From Tannerella sp. (GTDB taxonomy: Bacteria > Bacteroidota > Bacteroidia > Bacteroidales > Tannerellaceae): a DNA stretch of 62,434 nt. The notes beneath the pieces are model-generated. The model was not told where the DNA came from. It made no database searches and saw nothing but the letters and a program-made list of their open reading frames with translations. Both the position numbers and the translations under genes were made by a program. The first letter of the stretch is position 1. Each line of letters begins with the position of its first letter. The stretch is taken from positions 1 through 62,434 of the forward strand of contig JAIROL010000172.1 in the NCBI GenBank assembly GCA_031257565.1. Direction: 5' to 3'. Shown piece after piece: positions 51,882-62,004 of the stretch.

Positions 51882-54041
51882 ATGAAAATCAACGCGTTAA
51901 ACTTATTATTCGTTATCTTCTCATTTGCGTCATGCCAAACGCAAACGCCCAAAATCGACCGAGAAGCGCTTGTGAAACGCAACAATCCGTTAATAACGCA
52001 TTTCGACACGCTGGCCTCGCTGTCGGTGGGTAACGGCCGTTTCGCCGTCACGGTAGATGCTACCGGATTGCAAACGTTCCCCGAACTGTACGCCGCGGGA
52101 ACGCCGCTGGGCACGCAGTCGCACTGGGGATGGCACAGTTTTCCCAACGTAAAAGGATACCGATTTGAAGAAACTCTCGAAAGTTACGACTTCGGACACG
52201 GGCAGCCGGGATTGTATTCCGTGCAGCCGGGACCGTCGAGAGACCCCGCCGGGATGACAAAAATCATGCAGCGCATGGAGGCCGTAAACTATTTCCGCGC
52301 CAACCCGCACCGGCTGCATCTGGGTATCGTGGGACTGGAGCTGCTGCAGGCCGACGGCTCCCACGCCACGCCCGACAACATAGCCGGCGTCAGTCAGCAA
52401 GCGGACATGTGGAACGGGCTAATCCATTCTTCGTTTACGATGGAAGGTCATACCGTTCAGGTAAGCGCCGCCTGTCACCCTTCGGTCGACAGGCTCGCCG
52501 CCTCCGTCACATCGCTCTTGCTGAAAGAAAAACGTGCAGCCGTCAAATTCCGTTTTCCCTATCCTACCGGCCAACATTCGGACGACGCATGCGACTGGAA
52601 TCATCCCGATAGCCACCAAACAAAAATCGTCGGGCAGGGCGACTGCTTCGCCCTGCTCGAACGGAACATCGACACGACAACCTATTTCGTAAAAATAGTC
52701 TGGGAAGGACAAGCCTCGTTCAGGGAGAAGTCGCCTCATTATTTCGTACTGGAAACCTCGTCGGACAACCTGTCATTCACAGTCGATTATGCGCCCGAAA
52801 ACGCTTTTGCCGAAACGGAAACATTCGGCGAAACGGCTCGGCAATCGCAGAAACACTGGCAAGAGTTCTGGAAAAAGGGCGGCGCCGTCGATTTCTCGCT
52901 TTGCACGGACGAACGCGCCAAAGAACTGGAACGCCGCGTCGTCCTGTCGCAATACCTGACGGCCATCCAGAGCGCCGCTCCCGAACCGCCCCAGGAGACT
53001 GGATTGACATACAACAGCTGGTTCGGCAAATTCCACCTCGAAATGCACTGGTGGCATCAGGCGCACTTCGCCCTGTGGAACAGAACGGAAATGTTGAAGC
53101 CCAGCATGGAATGGTACAAAAAAGTCGAACCCGTCGCCCGCGAAATTGCAGCGCGGCAACATTTCGACGGCGTCCGCTGGATGAAAATGACCGATCCGTC
53201 GGGATCGGAAGCGCCCTCGTCGGTAGGCTCGTTCCTTATCTGGCAGCAACCGCATTACATCTACATGGCCGAACTGATACGCCGCCAGGAGCCGACGCGC
53301 GAAACGCTCGAACGCTACCTCCCGCTCGTGCTGGAAAGCGCCGCCTTTATGGTTTCTTTTGCCACGCTCGACGAAGCCGGTAACCGTTACGTGCTGAAAG
53401 GTTGCATCCCGGCACAGGAAACACTGCGCCCCGACGAGACGGTCAACCCGCCGTTCGAACTCTCCTACTGGCATTTCGCACTCTCCGTCGCCCAGCAGTG
53501 GCGTGAAAGGGCGGGGATGGGAAGAGATGCGAAATGGGACGACGTCATCCATCGCATCTCGCCTCTTGCAGAAAAAGACGGCCTGTATCTCGCCGCAGAA
53601 TCGGCTCCGCAAACCTATCAGGAACGGCGTTTTACGTCCGACCACATGATTGTGCTGGGAGCCGTGGGCATATTGCCCCAGTCGCCGCTGCTGAATCCGG
53701 ACGTCATGCGCCATACGTTCGACCGGGTATGGGACAACTGGAACTGGGACCATACGTGGGGATGGGATTATCCGACCACCGCCATGTGCGCCGCACGCCT
53801 GGGCGAACCCGAAAAGGCGGTAAACGCCCTGCTAACGGACAAGCAAACTAACACTTACCTGCCGAACGGACATAATTACCAGAACGACAGGCTGCGCATC
53901 TACCTTCCGGGCAATGGCGGACTGCTTGCCGCCGTCGCTATGATGTGCGCCGGATGGGACGGCAATACCCTCCCGACGCCGGGATTTCCCAAAGACGGCT
54001 CATGGAACGTTAGATGGGAAAACCTGTCGCCCATGCCATGA
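51882..54041 (+). CDS. Putative (alpha/alpha)6-barrel glycoside hydrolase lipoprotein (GH65/GH95-like, unassigned)
   Basis: Lipobox FASC; LSVGNG.FA..VD.TGLQ, PPQETGL..NSW.GKFHLEM, WGWD, YLPGNGGLL; PUL context. Confidence 0.7.
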   Translation: MKINALNLLFVIFSFASCQTQTPKIDREALVKRNNPLITHFDTLASLSVGNGRFAVTVDATGLQTFPELYAAGTPLGTQSHWGWHSFPNVKGYRFEETLESYDFGHGQPGLYSVQPGPSRDPAGMTKIMQRMEAVNYFRANPHRLHLGIVGLELLQADGSHATPDNIAGVSQQADMWNGLIHSSFTMEGHTVQVSAACHPSVDRLAASVTSLLLKEKRAAVKFRFPYPTGQHSDDACDWNHPDSHQTKIVGQGDCFALLERNIDTTTYFVKIVWEGQASFREKSPHYFVLETSSDNLSFTVDYAPENAFAETETFGETARQSQKHWQEFWKKGGAVDFSLCTDERAKELERRVVLSQYLTAIQSAAPEPPQETGLTYNSWFGKFHLEMHWWHQAHFALWNRTEMLKPSMEWYKKVEPVAREIAARQHFDGVRWMKMTDPSGSEAPSSVGSFLIWQQPHYIYMAELIRRQEPTRETLERYLPLVLESAAFMVSFATLDEAGNRYVLKGCIPAQETLRPDETVNPPFELSYWHFALSVAQQWRERAGMGRDAKWDDVIHRISPLAEKDGLYLAAESAPQTYQERRFTSDHMIVLGAVGILPQSPLLNPDVMRHTFDRVWDNWNWDHTWGWDYPTTAMCAARLGEPEKAVNALLTDKQTNTYLPNGHNYQNDRLRIYLPGNGGLLAAVAMMCAGWDGNTLPTPGFPKDGSWNVRWENLSPMP

Positions 54042-54065
54042 TATTAATCCATCAATTCAATAAAC

Positions 54066-55688
54066 ATGAACTTATTACGAACGCTTATTCCGACAATGAC
54101 GCTGGCGACGGCCTGTCTCGTCGGCTTGCAGGCACAGCCTAAAACCGGCTCATGGGGCGACCAGGGCAACGGGACATACATCAATCCCGTGCTCAATGCC
54201 GACTATTCCGATCCCGACGTATGTCGCGCAGGCGACAAGTACTACATGGTCTGTTCCGAATTTCATTACATGGGCATGCCAGTGCTGGAGTCGGAAGACA
54301 TGGTCAACTGGAAAATCATTGCTCAAATCTATTCGCGGCTGGATTTTCCCGACTACGACACTGTCAACAGCTATTCAAACGGCTCGTGGGCGCCATGCAT
54401 CCGTTACCGCGACGGGAAGTTCCGGGTCTATTTCTGTACGCCCACCGAAGGGCTGTTCATGAGTACGGCCGAAAAGGCGGAAGGCCCCTGGTCGCCGCTC
54501 GTCGAAGTGAAACACATCGAAAAATGGGAAGACCCGTGCCCCATGTGGGATGACGACGGCTGGGCATATCTCGTACACAGCCTGCACGGAGCAGGCCCCA
54601 TCATTATCCACCGGATGAGCGAGGACGGCACAAAACTGCTCGACGACGGCCTGACGGTTTACACCGGCCCCGTGGCCGAAAGTCCCAAAATGTTCAAAAA
54701 AGACGGTTATTATTACATTAGTATACCCGAAGGCGGCGTACCGGTCGGCTGGCAAACGATCTTGCGGTCGAAAAACATCTACGGCCCCTACGAGAAAAAA
54801 ATCGTACTCGAACAGGGGAGCGCCTCCGTCAACGGCCCGCACCAGGGCGCGCTGGTCGAAACGCCCGAAGGCGACTGGTGGTTCTACCATTTTCAGTCGG
54901 CCGGAGCGCTGGGGCGCGTAGTACACCTTCAACCAGTACACTGGCATGACGGCTGGCCTGTCATCGGCGTCGACATCGACCGCAACGGCATCGGCGAACC
55001 GGTATACGTCTGGGCGAAACCTGCTACCGGGAAAACGCCCCCTATTCATGCCCCCCAGTCTGACGACGACTTCAACGCGTCCATGCCCGGACTGCAGTGG
55101 CAATTCAATCACAACCCCGACGACGACGCATGGTCGCTGTCCGAAAAACCCGGTTACCTCGCCTTGAAAGCGCTCCGGAGCGAAAGTTTCCTGAGAGCAA
55201 AAAATACGCTTACACAAAAAACAATGGGTGCATCGGGCGAAGCCACGGTCGCGCTCGACGTCAGCAAAATGGCCGAAGGACAGCGAGCCGGACTGTGCAG
55301 TTTCGGCTCGCTCTACGGACTTGTCGGCGTATACCGCACGGGAGGCAAAAACTATCTGTTTTTTGAAACCAACAACGATTTGTTCTCACAGCCGGGACAA
55401 TCAGGCGTAAGAATCAACACGTTTGATACAGGCAAAAATCATTTTGAAAAACAGCCCGTCACGGTAAAAGTGATTTATCTCAAACTGAAGCTGGATTTCG
55501 TCTCCGGCAAAAATCATTTTTATTACAGTACGGACAACAGACATTTCATCCCTTTCGGAAAAGATTTCGGCGCGATGTTTTCTTTCTGGAAAGGGACACG
55601 AACAGGACTGTTCAGCTACAACGAACTGAAAGACGACGGCGTTGCGCTGTTCGACCGGTTCAGCTATGATTATGACGGGCCGAAATGA
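54066..55688 (+). CDS. Glycoside hydrolase family 43 with C-terminal beta-sandwich
   Basis: NPVLNADYSDPDV, WAP, EDP, AESP, HQG, GRVVHL, LQWQFNH. Confidence 0.92.
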   Translation: MNLLRTLIPTMTLATACLVGLQAQPKTGSWGDQGNGTYINPVLNADYSDPDVCRAGDKYYMVCSEFHYMGMPVLESEDMVNWKIIAQIYSRLDFPDYDTVNSYSNGSWAPCIRYRDGKFRVYFCTPTEGLFMSTAEKAEGPWSPLVEVKHIEKWEDPCPMWDDDGWAYLVHSLHGAGPIIIHRMSEDGTKLLDDGLTVYTGPVAESPKMFKKDGYYYISIPEGGVPVGWQTILRSKNIYGPYEKKIVLEQGSASVNGPHQGALVETPEGDWWFYHFQSAGALGRVVHLQPVHWHDGWPVIGVDIDRNGIGEPVYVWAKPATGKTPPIHAPQSDDDFNASMPGLQWQFNHNPDDDAWSLSEKPGYLALKALRSESFLRAKNTLTQKTMGASGEATVALDVSKMAEGQRAGLCSFGSLYGLVGVYRTGGKNYLFFETNNDLFSQPGQSGVRINTFDTGKNHFEKQPVTVKVIYLKLKLDFVSGKNHFYYSTDNRHFIPFGKDFGAMFSFWKGTRTGLFSYNELKDDGVALFDRFSYDYDGPK

Positions 55689-55792
55689 CCGTTGTCCGAA
55701 AGAAGATATATTTTACGACAATTACCGGATGCGTGGAAGCAGGATTTGCGACCGCATAATATAGTTACTTTTGCCGTATTGCATCTACAATC

Positions 55793-56656
55793 TTAGAGAT
55801 ACTCTTTTATCTTTTGCATTATTTGGGGATAAACAGGATATGAGGAAGCCGTAAATACTTCGTAATGCTTCTGCATGGTCGGCTTCCATTTACTTGGACA
55901 ATCAGGCATCAGTTGAAGCCAGCTCAGGACAGGACTCTGGAAAACGATAAACTGTTCGGTTGGGCCGTCTACATATTTTAAATCCGGATTATGATTCAGC
56001 GCTTCGGTAAACTTTTTAAGAATCCCATTGTATGTTTGGAGGGATAGGATTATAAAGTCGTCCAGAAGGTCGAACATATCATCCGAGTAAATCTCATAGC
56101 CGGGTTGTTCCGTTATTGCACGCTCTATGATGCAGTGCAGGATGGACATTCCCGCCGCATATTTTCCCGCATCCAATTCCGGCCTTGTGCGACTATAGAA
56201 ATTCTGCGCCATGGAATGTTGCATTTTCCACCACGGCAAGCCGCTTTTTTGGTAATGCTTCAGTTGCTTGATTCTGTCTGCATTGTTGGGCAGGGAGACC
56301 CATTTGTTTGCCTGTTCCGCATATCGGATGGTCTTCTCGTAGCTTTCCGCCCATAGTCCGATGAACCCAAAACAGTCGTATAATGGTGAGAATCTGAAGA
56401 TGGATTTCCACTTCTTATCTGCCTTGGCAAAAGGCTTGACAAATTCCAAGGCCATTTGAGACGCCTCGTAAGCGGCCAGTCCATCGCCGATATGGTGGCC
56501 GAGCAACACTGCTTCGTTAGCTTTCCCGATGGCATAATAGCCCGGATCGCCTTGCGCATACATGGTCGCTTCTTTACGTTTTTCCAGGGCGCTATTCAGC
56601 AGTCCCGCATCTTTCAGTTGAACACTCTCTACATATTTTTGCATAAATTCCTGCAT
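55793..56656 (-). CDS. Hypothetical helical (TPR-like) protein, paralog of 56676-57797
   Basis: KDAGLLNSALEKR, YAIGKANEAVLLGHHIGDG, WWK, YSR.RPE.D.G.YA.GMS.L.CI, PGYE, LLDD.II.SL shared with the neighbour. Confidence 0.85.
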   Translation of the reverse strand: MQEFMQKYVESVQLKDAGLLNSALEKRKEATMYAQGDPGYYAIGKANEAVLLGHHIGDGLAAYEASQMALEFVKPFAKADKKWKSIFRFSPLYDCFGFIGLWAESYEKTIRYAEQANKWVSLPNNADRIKQLKHYQKSGLPWWKMQHSMAQNFYSRTRPELDAGKYAAGMSILHCIIERAITEQPGYEIYSDDMFDLLDDFIILSLQTYNGILKKFTEALNHNPDLKYVDGPTEQFIVFQSPVLSWLQLMPDCPSKWKPTMQKHYEVFTASSYPVYPQIMQKIKEYL

Positions 56657-56675
56657 GGTTTTATCCTCCTTATTA

Positions 56676-57797
56676 TTAGTTTAAAAATTTTATAGCAGCA
56701 ATAATTCCCGTTATAATCATAATGATGATTGCCATGATGCAGCCTAAGGAAGATTTGGGGCGCTTTTTCTCGGCGATTCCCGTCTCTCGTGGGATATCAT
56801 TCAAGTTAAATTTTGGCATCTGCTGATTTTTCAAAGCGCGGGGGAACATCCCGGTTATTTTACCGCAATACCTGCATATCGGAGAGCCCTGGGCGATTTG
56901 CCGGCCGCAGACAGGGCAATCCGTCATGGCTTCGGGCAAATAGCGGGCAATGGGATTCATCCGGCTTTCTTTGTGTATCATGGCAAGCGTGAGCCAATAA
57001 TCGACGAAGTAATCCGTAAAGAGCGCTTTGTCTTTGGCTTCGAGAAGCGGGGCAAAGTCTGTCCATATTTGCAGGGCTTTTTCCAAAACGATCAGCATTT
57101 CTTCCGAATCGTCGGGAGTGGTGTATTGTCCGGCTTTGGCCTGGTATTTACTCAGCACATTCCGGAAGTGCTTTAGCGAGATGATGATGTAATCGTCCAG
57201 CAGGTGAACATGGGTATCGTAATCCAATTCGTAGCCGGGTTCTTCGGCAAAGGAACGGCCTACGATACATTGCAGTACGGACATTCCCTGGGCGTAGAGC
57301 CCTCGGTCCATTTCCGGGCGTTCCCGGCTGTAATAATCGTAAGCGATAGACAGTTGGGTTTTCCACCACTGCGGCTCTTTCCGGTGGCGATCTTCGATAG
57401 ACGCCAAATCCTGTTTCGCTTTGTCCGTGCCGGTCCATTGGACGCGCATTCTGTTTAATTCCTCACATTCTTCGTAGCTCGCAGACCATTGGCGGATGAT
57501 ATTGAAGATATCGTTCAATACCGTACAGCCGATTTCCTCCTCCCATTCTTTCGCGGCGGCACGGAAGGCCTCTATATGCTGCAAGGCTTTTTTTGCAGCG
57601 GCAAATGCGGCAATGCCGTCGCCAATATGATAGCCAAGCAGAATGGCTTCGTTGGCTTTCCCTAAGGCGTAATGGCCTTTATCATGTTTCATTCGTTCGG
57701 TGGCCGCTTCGCGTTTGGCCAGGGCGGACTTCAGCATACCCGCGTCTTTGAAGGCTGTGCTTTCTTTGTAAAGACGCAAAAAGTTTTTGTCAATCAT
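56676..57797 (-). CDS. Hypothetical helical protein with zinc ribbon and C-terminal TM anchor
   Basis: Same core as 55793-56656 plus CPVC-x10-CRYC and a hydrophobic tail (CIMAIIIMIITGIIAAI). Confidence 0.85.
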   Translation of the reverse strand: MIDKNFLRLYKESTAFKDAGMLKSALAKREAATERMKHDKGHYALGKANEAILLGYHIGDGIAAFAAAKKALQHIEAFRAAAKEWEEEIGCTVLNDIFNIIRQWSASYEECEELNRMRVQWTGTDKAKQDLASIEDRHRKEPQWWKTQLSIAYDYYSRERPEMDRGLYAQGMSVLQCIVGRSFAEEPGYELDYDTHVHLLDDYIIISLKHFRNVLSKYQAKAGQYTTPDDSEEMLIVLEKALQIWTDFAPLLEAKDKALFTDYFVDYWLTLAMIHKESRMNPIARYLPEAMTDCPVCGRQIAQGSPICRYCGKITGMFPRALKNQQMPKFNLNDIPRETGIAEKKRPKSSLGCIMAIIIMIITGIIAAIKFLN

Positions 57798-57806
57798 AAC
57801 TATTCT

Positions 57807-60800
57807 TTATTTATTGAGTTGGACGGAATAAATCCTCTCGTTGTTTTCGACCAATACAATCCGATGGTCTGCTCCGGACGATTGCAAACAGGACACGTTC
57901 CGATGCAGCGGCAAAGAAACGATCTGTGTGCCTGCGTCCAAATCCATCACACAAACCGCTCCTTCGGGATGGGCATAATACAGCATCCCGTCTTTAGCGG
58001 CCAGCCCAACCGGTTTTGCAGGCAAGGGTGCATCAAAAGAAATATGCCTTGTGCGGAAGTTGTCCGGAATACTTAACACGCTTGCTGTCGTATCGGAAAT
58101 TAAGTAGAGATTCTTTCGCGCACCGTCGTACGCCATATCCTTGATGGTTTTTTCGGCTGCATTGAAATGCTCCTCATACACCGGATGCCCGTCTTTGTCC
58201 AAAATCAGCAGAGCTTCTTCTTCAAAAAGATTCGCCGCCTTAACCAGCCTGCGTTTGGCGAGGATGCAAAAATACTTCCCGCATTCGCAAACCAGGTAGT
58301 TTTTCGTTGAACTCTGAAAGGCGTTGCTCCGGATGGTTTGCCCGTTTGGCGTAACGATAAGCGCCTCGCCGTCGCTGTAAAGGATAACAAAAGCGCCCAT
58401 CCCATCTACCCAGCGTATAGTTATGATGGCAGAGAGCGGGCCGGGCGCGGCAATCTCCTTTTGTGTTCCATCCGCAAAATCAAGCACGGCCGTCAGTCCG
58501 TTTCCCATGGAGAGAATATCTCCATGCGGATTCCATGCGCACTTGTAATTCAGCAGGGACGTCATGCCGTAGAGACTGTCCCGAAACGGATTAGGCAGTT
58601 TTACCTGTATGCCGTTCCGCCGGAACATCAGGGTATTGTTGCTGTCTACCACCAGCATCTCTGCTTTGCCGTCCTGTATAGTAGCTTGCAGGATTTGATT
58701 TTCGGACGACGCCACACCGGCCAGCAAAGCATAGCGATTGTTGGAGAAATAGAACGCCTTATTCGTCCCCACACGAAACAGGGATGGGTTTTTGTCCCAC
58801 TCAACGGCAAGCATACCCTGGCTTTTTACTCCTTTCCGGGGATGCCATGTGTAAAGAGCGCCATGTTCGTCGGACATCAGCAGGCGGTCCTTGAAAACCA
58901 CCGCACACCAGGGAACAAAGTCAAGCTCCAGCCTTGACTCCACTTCCGGGCCGGATGGGTCGCAGATGAGCAGATGGCGGTTGTTCGGGAGGATAATCAG
59001 TTTGTTGTTGAAACAGATCATATCATTAACGGAAGAATCCAGCCATACGTTTGCCGAATCCCGGCCGGTCAGCCGGTAGCCCTCTGTGGTTTTGTACAGT
59101 AGATACTCCTGTTGCGCCCTGAAATAACCGGCCAGGGTCTCCCCGTTATTCTCGATGGATTGTTCTTCCAAAGCATCGCGCAAGCATAAGGATTGGATTG
59201 CGTTTTCGGGCGTCTGATAAACCAAGCGGTTGGCATGGGCAAAAGCAAGAGCGCCGCTAAAGCGTATGCGCCGGCAATCTTTTGTAGCGCGCAGCGTACA
59301 GGACATAACCCCTCCGGCGCTGTCGCGTTGCAATGCATACACCGCAAAACTCCCGCGCATAACGGCTACCAGAATATGTCCGTCGGCATCGCAGAACAGT
59401 TTTTCAACCGGCGAATCTACGGACAGGGTAAACGTCGAAAGGGTCTGCATGGAATCTAATCCAACGACGCTCACCGTGTCGTGCGTGGTAAGTAAAAACA
59501 CCTCTTTCCGGTTTCCGGCAACACATCCGCCGTTTATATTTTCCATCTGCATACTTGCGGGTTTGATGGCTTCCGTATGGCTTTCTTCTATGCCTGTATC
59601 CGCTTTATCCATACGGAGCCATGGAGTGGCGCATAGCTTTGCTGCGTCGGATTTAAAGCCGGAGGACAGCTCTTTATAGAACGTAGCGGGAGCAATTTCC
59701 GGATGCTTTTCCAGCAGAGCCGCCGTGTCGTCAATGAACTGCATCATTTCATCCGGGATAACTCCTTCGGGCGCCAGATGCGACTCGGCTTTCAGGGCGT
59801 ACGCTCCTTCGCTTTGGTAATAACGGTTCAGGAAATCTACATCCGTATAGATGGACGTCAGATATTCCCGGTTGTTCGCTTCCCGTGCATGGTAGGCACA
59901 TTCGCCCGGACGAGAATCATACAGCGATTGGGCCAGAAGCTCATGCCATCCGCTTTTGCGGTATTTCTCCCGAGCGGCTTCTTTGAATGCGTCGTAAAGA
60001 AAATCAAACCTGCCGTTGTGCCGGATGAAAAACGGCCTCGCCTGACGAAGGAAAAAGCGAATGACGCCCGGTATTTCATTCCATACCCGGGGGAATACTT
60101 TTTCAAAGCAACGAATCAGTTCTTTTTCGCTCAAACCCTTCCGTGCGTGCGCCATCAGGCCGAACAGGAAAGAAACATACTCTCCGGGTGTGGAGATGTT
60201 GTAGGCGATATCGTTTTCCAGGCGCTCCAGCATTTGTGTAAATGCTTTCTGCGGCGTATCGCCGTACTTGGATATTTCTTCATTGAGTTGCTTAAAGGCG
60301 CCGAAGACCCGCAATTCGGAGAGCAGGATTTTCAGGAAAAGCGGGTTGCCGGACGCCTTGTTCCCGCAAATGGCGCGGATGTGTGAATGGTCGAGCGCTT
60401 TGAGGTTTCTCTTCAGATATTCGGTTATCAGCTTTTCTTTTTGTTCCATGCCTTTTGCGTCGTTCCGAATGGCTTGCAGACGAAGTATATAAAATGAATT
60501 GTTCGCTTCCAACTGTTTTATTTGCGCTTCCGTATCTTCATCCTGTTTGATACTGACGACGAGCTTCACCCCTTCGGGGAGTTCGTTTGGAATCCAATCC
60601 AGCATCGCTATTCCGCCTTGCATCTGGTTGACGGCGTCGATCAGCGCTATGGCGCGTCCGTTCTGTCCGGGCAACTCCTTCAGCAGGCACAAAAACTGCC
60701 GGCGTAATTTGTCTAACGAATCCGGAACTTCCATTCCGCCCTGCCGGATGATGCTATTCCATAAACCGTACACATCCGCCGACATATCCGAAACGCCGCA

Positions 60801-61988
60801 AAAACGGATAAAGAATCTGCTGTTCGATAAACGCGCATCTTCCTGCCAGGTCGTTGAGCAATGCGCCAAGAGGGTAGATTTCCCCAGCCCGGCCTCTGCC
60901 GACAACAATAACGGACGGCGTTCATTGTCGAATATATAGTTGTTCAGCTTATCGCAAATCTCCGGAACGGGGATAAAGCCTTCCGAAGCTTTTCGGGCAA
61001 ATAATTCCTGTTGTTCCAAATCCTGTTCGTAGCGGTTTCCCTGTTCTACAACCGGGGTTTTACGGTCTTTATATTCGTCCAGAATCTCCGCCATCAGTCC
61101 GGCAATCACCACGTATTTAAGCGCTATGTTTTCGTTGGATAACAGCTCCGGATATTCCTCTTCCAACTGCTTCCGCACCGCGTCGTTCAGGCAGGATGCG
61201 GGGATGGAGAAGTCCGTCAGCCTCCCTTTACACAGCGCCTCGTTTTCTTGCTTTTCTTCGCCTTCCAGTCCGGGTATCCTCAACTCCGGCGTAAGCGCTC
61301 CCTCCGGCTTCCAGGTGCAACGGTAATCCATCACCTTCGATTTAAACCGGGTGCGCACTTTGTTTTTGAAGTCCTCCAGTTCTGCCGTTACCCGCTTCGG
61401 GTTATCGCCATAGGTAGATACGGCGTCGTTCAGAAACAAATGGCGGTGCGGCGTATCCAAGTTCTCGTCAAAGGGGTTTTCCCGGAAGAAAAACAAGGAG
61501 TGTCGGTCTTTTTCGTACTTCGTTTCCTTATCATTGACCAGGCGAATCATCGGATTCAGCAGTGCATGTTCTATTTCCATTTCCGTAACGGAGGATTTCC
61601 CGGAGAGACTGCCTACTCGCCGGTATTCGTCGGTTGTTGCTTCATTAATTTCCGTTTCGACGGGGGGATACCCTGCTTCCTGTCGCCGTTTATTTTCGTA
61701 AGACAATCTCAGCGCGTCGTTGGGCACCCATCCTTTCCGCTGCCCTAAGAAGCAGAGGAAGAACGGGCGACTATCATCAATTCCGTTCAAACACTTACGC
61801 ACCGTATCGTTGGCTTCCGCATCGGCTTTGGTGATACCCCATCGCAAATCAATATCAATCAGCCGGAGCTTGCGTTGTTCACACCACTCGGCCAATTCGG
61901 GGAATACATTCTTTACCAGATAATCACGCTCGGCGTGCATATCGTTGAATGTACTACTGATAAAAATATGTATGTTTTTCCACTGCAT
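57807..61988 (-). CDS. DUF4062 - NACHT/STAND NTPase - C-terminal beta-rich repeat protein (NLR-like, TEP1/NWD1-type architecture)
   Basis: IFISSTFNDMHAERDYL..VFPEL..IDLRWG (DUF4062), SVTEMEI, Walker A AEAGLGKST, Walker B ALIDAVNQ, GNPLFL, beta-rich C-terminal ~570 aa. Confidence 0.88.
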   Translation of the reverse strand: MQWKNIHIFISSTFNDMHAERDYLVKNVFPELAEWCEQRKLRLIDIDLRWGITKADAEANDTVRKCLNGIDDSRPFFLCFLGQRKGWVPNDALRLSYENKRRQEAGYPPVETEINEATTDEYRRVGSLSGKSSVTEMEIEHALLNPMIRLVNDKETKYEKDRHSLFFFRENPFDENLDTPHRHLFLNDAVSTYGDNPKRVTAELEDFKNKVRTRFKSKVMDYRCTWKPEGALTPELRIPGLEGEEKQENEALCKGRLTDFSIPASCLNDAVRKQLEEEYPELLSNENIALKYVVIAGLMAEILDEYKDRKTPVVEQGNRYEQDLEQQELFARKASEGFIPVPEICDKLNNYIFDNERRPLLLSAEAGLGKSTLLAHCSTTWQEDARLSNSRFFIRFCGVSDMSADVYGLWNSIIRQGGMEVPDSLDKLRRQFLCLLKELPGQNGRAIALIDAVNQMQGGIAMLDWIPNELPEGVKLVVSIKQDEDTEAQIKQLEANNSFYILRLQAIRNDAKGMEQKEKLITEYLKRNLKALDHSHIRAICGNKASGNPLFLKILLSELRVFGAFKQLNEEISKYGDTPQKAFTQMLERLENDIAYNISTPGEYVSFLFGLMAHARKGLSEKELIRCFEKVFPRVWNEIPGVIRFFLRQARPFFIRHNGRFDFLYDAFKEAAREKYRKSGWHELLAQSLYDSRPGECAYHAREANNREYLTSIYTDVDFLNRYYQSEGAYALKAESHLAPEGVIPDEMMQFIDDTAALLEKHPEIAPATFYKELSSGFKSDAAKLCATPWLRMDKADTGIEESHTEAIKPASMQMENINGGCVAGNRKEVFLLTTHDTVSVVGLDSMQTLSTFTLSVDSPVEKLFCDADGHILVAVMRGSFAVYALQRDSAGGVMSCTLRATKDCRRIRFSGALAFAHANRLVYQTPENAIQSLCLRDALEEQSIENNGETLAGYFRAQQEYLLYKTTEGYRLTGRDSANVWLDSSVNDMICFNNKLIILPNNRHLLICDPSGPEVESRLELDFVPWCAVVFKDRLLMSDEHGALYTWHPRKGVKSQGMLAVEWDKNPSLFRVGTNKAFYFSNNRYALLAGVASSENQILQATIQDGKAEMLVVDSNNTLMFRRNGIQVKLPNPFRDSLYGMTSLLNYKCAWNPHGDILSMGNGLTAVLDFADGTQKEIAAPGPLSAIITIRWVDGMGAFVILYSDGEALIVTPNGQTIRSNAFQSSTKNYLVCECGKYFCILAKRRLVKAANLFEEEALLILDKDGHPVYEEHFNAAEKTIKDMAYDGARKNLYLISDTTASVLSIPDNFRTRHISFDAPLPAKPVGLAAKDGMLYYAHPEGAVCVMDLDAGTQIVSLPLHRNVSCLQSSGADHRIVLVENNERIYSVQLNK

Positions 61989-62004
61989 CGCGTTTGCTTT
62001 AGGC

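Noticed and set aside
42073-55217. Long antisense ORFs (286, 306, 251, 326, 280 aa) in the PUL
   Set aside because: They are shadows of well-supported genes in GC-richer DNA and carry no motifs.
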